Positions 57,978 to 64,000 of a stretch of 64,000 bases of DNA are shown here, in pieces. Below the pieces are notes generated by a model that saw only the letters and a program-made list of their open reading frames with translations, was not told the origin of the DNA and ran no database searches. Numbering within the stretch: the first letter of the stretch is position 1; every line of letters begins with the position of its first letter. Source of the DNA: an uncultured Gammaproteobacteria bacterium (GTDB lineage Bacteria; Patescibacteriota; Microgenomatia; Levybacterales; GWA1-39-11); contig CAYRUR010000001.1 in assembly GCA_964427615.1 (NCBI GenBank), positions 219,241-283,240 of the forward strand. Reading direction: 5' to 3'. The position numbers and the translations under genes are program-made.

Positions 57978-58751
57978 ATGAACCGTTTTTCCGCACTTCT
58001 GAATACAAAAGCAGTTATAACGTATTTGGCAATTGTCTTGATTACTTTAGTAGGACTGTTTAGTATTCAGTATTTTCATATTGCTTACCCTCTAGAGGTT
58101 AACACCAAGCAAGTCTCAGGAGAACTGGCAGTAGTTGGAGAGGGAAAGGTGGAGATAGTGCCTGATAAAGCAACACTCAATGCAGGTATTACGGTCAACA
58201 ATGCAAAGACTGTTGAAGAGGCACGTAACCAAATGAGTACTATTCATAACAAAATAGTGGAAGCAGTTAAAAAATTAGGAGTAGACGCCAAAGACATGCA
58301 GACCTCTAGCTACTCTGTTAATCCCAACTATAGTTACGAGCAGGGAGGAAGCAACACGATTACCGGATACAACGCTGATGCTTCTGTAACCATAAGCGTA
58401 AAAGAGGTAGCAAAAGTACCTCAAATCATTGATGCGGTTACCACTGCTGGAGCAAATTATGTGCATAACAATGGGTTTAGTGTAGAAAATCCCGAAAAAT
58501 ATCGAGAACAAGCTCGCGAAAAAGCCATTCAAAATGGCCGAGAACAAGCACAAAAATTAGCGAACACATTAGGAATTCGTTTGGGGAAAGTAGTCAATAT
58601 TGTTGAATCTTCTCCAAATACGTCTGCTTCGCCAGTTATGCTGCGGGAATTGGCTGCTCCAGGTGGAGGAGTTCCTGATGCTTCTCTCAGTGTAGAACCA
58701 GGAACTCAGACTATCACCTCTGTAGTTACTCTTTACTTTGAAAAGAGATAA
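57978..58751 (+). CDS. SIMPL/DUF541-domain protein
   Basis: N-terminal TM; VGEGKVEIVPDKA and GYNADASVTISV motifs typical of SIMPL. Confidence 0.78.
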   Translation: MNRFSALLNTKAVITYLAIVLITLVGLFSIQYFHIAYPLEVNTKQVSGELAVVGEGKVEIVPDKATLNAGITVNNAKTVEEARNQMSTIHNKIVEAVKKLGVDAKDMQTSSYSVNPNYSYEQGGSNTITGYNADASVTISVKEVAKVPQIIDAVTTAGANYVHNNGFSVENPEKYREQAREKAIQNGREQAQKLANTLGIRLGKVVNIVESSPNTSASPVMLRELAAPGGGVPDASLSVEPGTQTITSVVTLYFEKR

Positions 58752-58973
58752 TTTTTCCTCTCCTATAATATTTGCAGAGTAATTAAAAAAGTGATAATTG
58801 CTTGACATTTATTTTGGCTGGTTTTATAGTAGGAGCACATTCGTAAGAGATTCGTAAGAGTAAACTTTATGTCCGTATTTAGCCCTCATTTTATTGTGCC
58901 TACAACTGGTTCCTTGCTTTCACCCTACTATTCTCTTTCTATCAAACACAATCGCAGGACAACTAAAATCATT

Positions 58974-59372
58974 ATGAAAATGTTTACGCAGTCCGTAACT
59001 ACGGAAGATTTTCCCCACACATTTTCTATTTTACAAAGTGCTTTTCCTCAAGTATTTAATACCCAATGTTTTAATGAGTTTAACCTTCCCTTTTCTGAAG
59101 AGGTAAAAAAAACAGAGCTAGGTCATTTATTCGAGCATATTTTGATTGAGATGTTGTATTTACTAAAAATAGAGCAAGGACAGATAAATCCGTGTGTAAA
59201 AGGGTATACGGATTGGGACTGGGTACGCGAAGAGCAAGGCACTTTTCGTATTACTATCAATTCAGGGCGTGAGGATATGGATCTTTTTCGCGAGGCGGTT
59301 CAGGAAGCCTTAGTTATTATGGAGTATATTATGAGAAAAGGAGAAAGATTAGGTCAGCGTGTAGTCTCCTAA
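58974..59372 (+). CDS. Hypothetical protein
   Basis: Inner ATG of ORF 58869..59372. A hairpin plus U-tract lies just downstream, at 59378-59410. Confidence 0.35.
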   Translation: MKMFTQSVTTEDFPHTFSILQSAFPQVFNTQCFNEFNLPFSEEVKKTELGHLFEHILIEMLYLLKIEQGQINPCVKGYTDWDWVREEQGTFRITINSGREDMDLFREAVQEALVIMEYIMRKGERLGQRVVS

Positions 59373-59377
59373 AAGAA

Positions 59378-59410
59378 AAACAGATGGATGTTACTCCACC
59401 TGTTTTTCTT
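59378..59410 (+). terminator. Intrinsic terminator (AAACAGATGG/CCACCTGTTT stem with one mismatch, followed by TTCTTCTG)
   Basis: Stem 59378-59387 with 59396-59405; a U-rich run follows. Confidence 0.5.
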
Positions 59411-59748
59411 CTGCCTTATTGATGTAAATATTTCGTATTTACATCTTGTATCCTGCCCTATTTTTAGTGAGAGATATGCCGCCCGTTTTCTCTCTCACTG
59501 CCGCATTATGTAATTGTCCAGAGGCTTTTTCTTGCCTTTGATTTTTTAATAGAAGCGACTATGGTGTCCGCTTCTCTTTACTGCTTAAGTAAAGTATGGA
59601 TCTATCTTAAAGCGATACTGTTAAGATAAAACATGAAGAGCGTAAGACGCGGGTAAGAAGAGCTTGTTTTCTCTTTTTGAAAGGTAAAATCCCCTGTGCT
59701 TTTATGGTGTTTGTTTTTTATAATAAGTAAGTAAGGAAGGAAGAGCTT

Positions 59749-60414
59749 ATGGATAAACGCTTTATTATCATAGATTTTGATAGCACCTTTGTATCTGTCG
59801 AATCACTGGACGAATTAGCGGCTATTGTCTTGGCTGATAATCCTAAAAAGTTACGTATCCAAGAGGAGATAGAGAACATAACCAAAAAAGGCATGAATGG
59901 TCAAATTTCTTTTCAGGAGTCTTTAGAGCAACGCATGCGTTTGTTTGCACCCACAGTATCACATATTGAACAACTGGTAATATTACTTAAGCAGAAAGTA
60001 ACCCCTTCTATTGCCAGACACAGAGCATTTTTTCAAAAGTTTGCTTCTGATATTTATGTTATCTCAGGAGGTTTTAAAGACTTTATTGTGCCGGTGGTAA
60101 GTGAATATGGTATCCCAGAAAAAAATGTATTGGCCAATACCTTTGTATATGATCAACATGGGAATATTGTCGGGTATGACACAGCAAATTTCCTTGCCCA
60201 AGACAAAGGAAAGATAAAGCAGTTGCAAGCGTTGCATCTTTCAGGGGATATCTGCGTAATTGGAGATGGCTACACTGATTATGAGATGAAAGAGTCAGGC
60301 ATAGCTTCTACTTTTTATGCTTTTTGTGAGAATGTAGACCGAGAGATAGTAAGAAAAAAAGCTGATATTTGTGTAAAGGATTTTGATACTTTTCTCTACC
60401 ATTTCAATCCTTAA
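59749..60414 (+). CDS. SerB-like HAD phosphatase (phosphoserine phosphatase family)
   Basis: IIDFDSTF motif I and VIGDGYTD motif IV. SD AGGAAGG upstream. Confidence 0.72.
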   Translation: MDKRFIIIDFDSTFVSVESLDELAAIVLADNPKKLRIQEEIENITKKGMNGQISFQESLEQRMRLFAPTVSHIEQLVILLKQKVTPSIARHRAFFQKFASDIYVISGGFKDFIVPVVSEYGIPEKNVLANTFVYDQHGNIVGYDTANFLAQDKGKIKQLQALHLSGDICVIGDGYTDYEMKESGIASTFYAFCENVDREIVRKKADICVKDFDTFLYHFNP

Positions 60415-60488
60415 TAGGCTTAGGTAGGGAATATAAAAACAGATTTGATTATTGTTAGTTGTCTGGTAGAATAAAGACCATATCCGCT

Positions 60489-61637
60489 ATGAACAATCTC
60501 ATTAAATGTACTCATTGTGGCAAAGAAATAGAAATCTCCCAAGCCTTGCGTCATCAAATTGAAGAGCAAGTCCTCTCTGTTGAAAGAAGTAAACATAAAG
60601 AAGAACTGGAAGTAATTCGCAAAGAAGCAGAAGAAAAAGCCAGGCAAAAAATCTTGGATGAAGTAGATCTCAAGCTTAAAGATGCAGAAAATGAAAAAAA
60701 AGAGCTGCGTGAGCAAAATAAAATGATGCAAGAACAGCTTTTAGAGCTGAATAAACTCATCCGAGAACTGCGCAACAAAGATGAGCAGCGAGAGCTTGAG
60801 ATGCAGAAAAAAATCCAGGCAGAGCAGGAAAAAATAAAAGAAGAGATTGTAAAGCAATACTCTAGCGAATATAAGCTCAAAGAATTAGAAAAAGAAAAAG
60901 TGATCTCCGATTTACGTAAAGCATTGGAAGATGCGCAGCGCAAAGCAAATCAAGGCTCTCAGCAGTTGCAAGGAGAGGTGCAAGAGTTGGATCTGGAAGA
61001 AAATCTAAAAGAGACTTTTCCTCAGGATGATATTTTGCCTGTTGGAAAAGGCGTAACTGGTGCTGATATTCAGCAAATAGTAAAATCCAAAAATGGAAGG
61101 ATTTGTGGGGTAATTTTGTGGGAGTCCAAACGTACAAAAGCCTGGTCTGATGAATGGGTTGAAAAGCTAAAGGCCGATATGAGGAGCGAGAAAGCAAGTG
61201 CAGGTATTATTATCAGCAGTGTTTTGCCCAAAGATATAGAGAATGGAATTGGTTTTAAAAATGGGATTGCAGTCTGTTCATATCCTTTTGCTATTCCAGT
61301 CGCTAAAATGCTGCGTGATAAGCTGATTGAAGTAGCATACCAAAAATTCCTATCCCAAAATAAAGATAACAAATCAGAGATGATTTATGAGTATATAACA
61401 GGTCATGAATTCAGGCAGCAAGTAGAAGCATTAGCAGAAGTATACAATGAGCAGGTTATCCAAATTACCAAAGAACGAGCAGCCTTTGAGCGCATCTGGA
61501 AATCCAGAGAGCAGCAAGCACGCAAAATTTTAATAAGCAGCGCCAATATTTACGGTAGTATGCAAGGCATAGTCGGAGGCAGCATGCCTCAGATAAAAGC
61601 CTTGGATGTACTAGAATTGGAAGCTCCGGGGAAATGA
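60489..61637 (+). CDS. DUF2130-like protein: Cys-containing N-terminus, a long coiled coil, and a C-terminal PD-(D/E)xK-like domain
   Basis: CTHCGKEIE at the N-terminus; an E/K-rich heptad region; then GVTGADIQQIV...GVILWESKRTKAWSDEWVEKLK (D...E.K). Confidence 0.6.
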   Translation: MNNLIKCTHCGKEIEISQALRHQIEEQVLSVERSKHKEELEVIRKEAEEKARQKILDEVDLKLKDAENEKKELREQNKMMQEQLLELNKLIRELRNKDEQRELEMQKKIQAEQEKIKEEIVKQYSSEYKLKELEKEKVISDLRKALEDAQRKANQGSQQLQGEVQELDLEENLKETFPQDDILPVGKGVTGADIQQIVKSKNGRICGVILWESKRTKAWSDEWVEKLKADMRSEKASAGIIISSVLPKDIENGIGFKNGIAVCSYPFAIPVAKMLRDKLIEVAYQKFLSQNKDNKSEMIYEYITGHEFRQQVEALAEVYNEQVIQITKERAAFERIWKSREQQARKILISSANIYGSMQGIVGGSMPQIKALDVLELEAPGK

Positions 61638-61659
61638 GAATTGAGCGCTTAGCGTATAG

Positions 61660-61960
61660 AGTTTAGAAAATAGTATTAAGTATTAAGAAGTAAGAATTAA
61701 GTATAATTCCAAATTCAAAAATCAAAAGGCAAAATGCAAAAATGCAACTCAAAAGTAAAAAGTTTATGGAGCAAATGGACTTTTCTACCCTGTCATCCTG
61801 AACTTGATTCAGGATCCAAAAGAAGACATAGATTCCAAATTAAATTTGGAATGACATTTATTTATAGCTCCCCCTAAATCCTAACCGTTTGTTTTCTGCT
61901 CTCTGTTCACTGTTTTCTCTCTTAATTCCTAATTCATAATTCTTAATTCTACCTCTCAAA
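61660..61960. repeat. Intergenic element of about 300 bp flanked by inverted ATTAAG/CTTAAT-rich repeats, containing hairpins and a copy of the dispersed AT-rich repeat
   Basis: Left arm 61672-61706 AGTATTAAGTATTAAGAAGTAAGAATTAAG. Right arm 61916-61953 CTTAATTCCTAATTCATAATTCTTAATTC. Internal hairpins are ATCCTGAA-CTTGA-TTCAGGAT and TTCCAAAT-TAAATTTGGAA. Confidence 0.4.
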
Positions 61961-62026
61961 CTCGTTAACTTTTTAACTTGCAACCCATTAACTTACTCTT
62001 CCCCCAACATTGATTAAAACTCCTAA

Positions 62027-62614
62027 ATGATTTATACTGCCATAGTTGCCATGAAGAGAGCCCTATTTTTTGCTGCCGGTCTTCTGATTATTGCTATAGT
62101 TGTCATACTTGGATTTTTCCTATTTGATCGTTCTGAAAATACTCGAGGCTTGTCACTCACCCAAAAAAAAGAAGCTGCTGTGGAAGAAAAAGATTTTTCA
62201 AAAGAGTTACAACAAGCATTGGTAGGAGAGGGATCTTTACAATGTGAATTTATGGATGAGAGAGGCAATAAGGGCGTTGCATATGTTAAAAATGGAATGG
62301 TGAGAGCAGATGTTACTGACACAAAAAACGGAGAAGTAGATGTAATTTTCAAAGAAAATACCTCTTGGATATGGGTTGCCAAAACAAAGAAAGGATTTAA
62401 ATTCAGCGTCCCTCAGATGGAAGACGAGGAAGCTTCAAAAAGTAATTACTTAAATCAAAATATTGGATATGAAAAAGAAAAGGTTATTGCCGATATCCAG
62501 CAGTATAAAAAGAGTTGCAAACAACAACCTATTGCTGATGACATTTTTACTCCACCTGCAGATGTTAGCTTTAAAGAAATGAGTATGCCCTCTTCTCTTA
62601 AAAACATACAGTAA
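62027..62614 (+). CDS. Hypothetical membrane-anchored protein
   Basis: N-terminal TM LFFAAGLLIIAIVVILGFFLF. Confidence 0.45.
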   Translation: MIYTAIVAMKRALFFAAGLLIIAIVVILGFFLFDRSENTRGLSLTQKKEAAVEEKDFSKELQQALVGEGSLQCEFMDERGNKGVAYVKNGMVRADVTDTKNGEVDVIFKENTSWIWVAKTKKGFKFSVPQMEDEEASKSNYLNQNIGYEKEKVIADIQQYKKSCKQQPIADDIFTPPADVSFKEMSMPSSLKNIQ

Positions 62615-63177
62615 GGTCTAGCGTCTTGCTATTTTACATTTTTTCTCACTTATTTATTATCAATTTTTAAAGTTTCTTTGTTATTAAAAGCGTAAAAAAG
62701 AAGTGTGAAGCAGAGCGGTAGTAATGGAGAAGAACATGATGAAGATATGTATATTGAGGAGTATCCCCAACTCTGGAATTTAAATATAGAAGAAGTTGTC
62801 GGACATAATTTAGAAAGCTCGGGAAGAGAAGAAGTGAATAAGCTCTTAAAAGAAGGATGGATTTTACTGTATATTTATACCTTACTCTACAAAGATGAAT
62901 CAGAAGAAGGCGTGGTTTGGAGGCAGCGTCCTATGGCAATTTTAGGTAGACCCGCTAGCCCAATGAGGGATTAGTTTCCTCTTTTTTTTATTTTTTTTCT
63001 TTCACAATTCTTAACTCATTTTAATTGTGTAATTGCTTGGGAGAGTATATAATAGGGATTCTTGTGTCAATAAAATGGAGGATTCCTTATCAATGCGAGG
63101 TTTTTTATCTGTTTTAATGACCAAGCTCTTTTACAAGACGCCGGAGTAGCATATTGGATTTTGGGGCCAGATTTTAA

Positions 63178-63206
63178 AAAACAACAGGTGATGTTGTTTT
63201 TTAAGA
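63178..63206 (+). terminator. Weak AU-rich hairpin plus T-tract (ACAACA-GGTGA-TGTTGT TTTTT)
   Basis: 63181-63202. It could end a small transcript from a TATAAT near 63046. Confidence 0.35.
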
Positions 63207-63260
63207 CCGGGTCTCAAGATCGTTGAGATCCGTAGTGGGGACACACGGAAGGGATACACT

Positions 63261-63752
63261 GTGGGGACAGCCGTATTAGAGGTTCCTCAGATTGAGGAGC
63301 AGGTGAAGGGAAGTACTTTTCTTGCGTCTGTCATCAAAGCAGAGATAAAGCAAGGAGAGGTAAGATACTACTTCATCATCGCCCTACCGTCGGAATTAGA
63401 TTTGGCTAAGAGAGCCGAATCGTTCCCCCTGGAAATTCCAGGTAAATTCCTAAGATTTCTTCAGTGTACCTCGTATGGGGTGGTAATTCTGGATAAGAAA
63501 GATATCGGGATGAGGCAGTGGAATAAGCATACTCCAATGATTGTTCCAACTGTTGATTCTCTCTTGTTCACTTCCAGGGAAGAGGTGATGAGGCTAGAAT
63601 CTTTCTCCTCCGGACTGCTGGGGCTTACCTTGGATGGGAAATCTGAGGTATGTGAATCAGTAGAGGTAAGACAGTCTGGTGATTGTCTTATCGTCTGGAC
63701 ATACCAAGAAGGGGGTTATTGCACAGTCAAAACGATTACTCTGAAGGGATAA
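63261..63752 (+). CDS. Hypothetical protein (GTG start) in a compositionally GC-richer segment
   Basis: 163-aa ORF; local GC is visibly higher than in the rest of the window. Confidence 0.3.
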   Translation: MGTAVLEVPQIEEQVKGSTFLASVIKAEIKQGEVRYYFIIALPSELDLAKRAESFPLEIPGKFLRFLQCTSYGVVILDKKDIGMRQWNKHTPMIVPTVDSLLFTSREEVMRLESFSSGLLGLTLDGKSEVCESVEVRQSGDCLIVWTYQEGGYCTVKTITLKG

Positions 63753-63900
63753 AGGGATTGGGGAGTATTGTAGTGAAGCATAGTCATGCATGTTCTGCTT
63801 CACTTCCTGCACGGTGCAGGAACTCCTCTAGATGCCACCTTTTGCTCATTCCGGCGTCTTTATACTGCATTTTTCCTCTGGATTCTCTATAATGAGCATA

Positions 63901-64000
63901 TGGATCTGCTCTCATTGTTTCTCAAATTGCTTATTTCATTTGCTCTTGGTGCTGTGGTGGGACTGGAAAGGCAGGTTGGACATAGACCAGATGAGACACT
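63901..64000 (+). CDS. MgtC/SapB-family membrane protein, N-terminal fragment; continues beyond the window
   Basis: MDLLSLFLKLLISFALGAVVGLERQVGHRPDET matches the MgtC N-terminal signature (G..IG.ER). Confidence 0.55.

Noticed and set aside
1-64000. Alternative genetic code (UGA recoding, as in some CPR lineages)
   Set aside because: All long conserved genes are intact under the standard stop set in the ORF track.
1-64000. tRNA, rRNA and CRISPR arrays
   Set aside because: No T-arm-like GTTCGAATC/GGTTCGA motifs, no rRNA-like conserved blocks and no regularly spaced direct repeats were seen by eye. A tRNAscan run is still needed to exclude small RNAs.

Overview
The window is AT-rich bacterial chromosome (roughly high-30s % GC by eye). 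Genes are tightly packed and often translationally coupled. Most of it is core information-processing and envelope genes. A nusA-infB-(DHH-like)-rpsO-pnp block is followed by a Lon-like AAA+ gene, RNase J, ftsK, rodZ-like, ytxG/ytxH-like and yvcK-like genes. A minus-strand metabolic block follows with NUDIX, HAD, an NMP-kinase-like gene, an FAD oxidase, a two-gene split transketolase and an MOFRL glycerate kinase. Then come nth, a short alaS, a 741-aa bitopic membrane protein coupled to a sortase, a thymidine/AMP-phosphorylase-family gene, mltG, rpoB-rpoC-rpsL-rpsG and fusA. The str operon is interrupted by three opposite-strand genes, and no tuf follows fusA. Accessory and unusual content stands out at several points. 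Two tandem paralogous secreted Asp/Asn/Thr/Gly-rich repeat proteins sit at the left edge. A Lon AAA+ module has no protease domain. A DHH/NrnA homolog has lost its catalytic motifs. A two-subunit ATP-citrate lyase (aclB-aclA) is strikingly similar to eukaryotic ACLY. A soluble VirD4/TraG-like type IV coupling ATPase lies beside an ICMT-like methyltransferase and a membrane-anchored SLT lytic transglycosylase. A DUF2130 protein (coiled coil plus PD-(D/E)xK-like domain) is also present. Regulatory architecture is notable. Many genes have a TATAAT-like hexamer only 4-13 nt upstream of ATG with no Shine-Dalgarno, suggesting leaderless mRNAs. Consensus promoters are followed by a hairpin plus U-tract in the leaders of nusA, rpoB and possibly fusA. 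Several intergenic palindromes and a dispersed AT-rich repeat were also seen. Gene content (monoderm features such as sortase, split transketolase, compact IF-2 and AlaRS, a T4SS-like ATPase, an AMP-phosphorylase-like enzyme) suggests a small-genome monoderm lineage such as CPR/Patescibacteria; this is inference only. No rRNA, tRNA or CRISPR array was recognised. All protein calls are from by-eye motif and family recognition on the supplied translations, and no database search was run.
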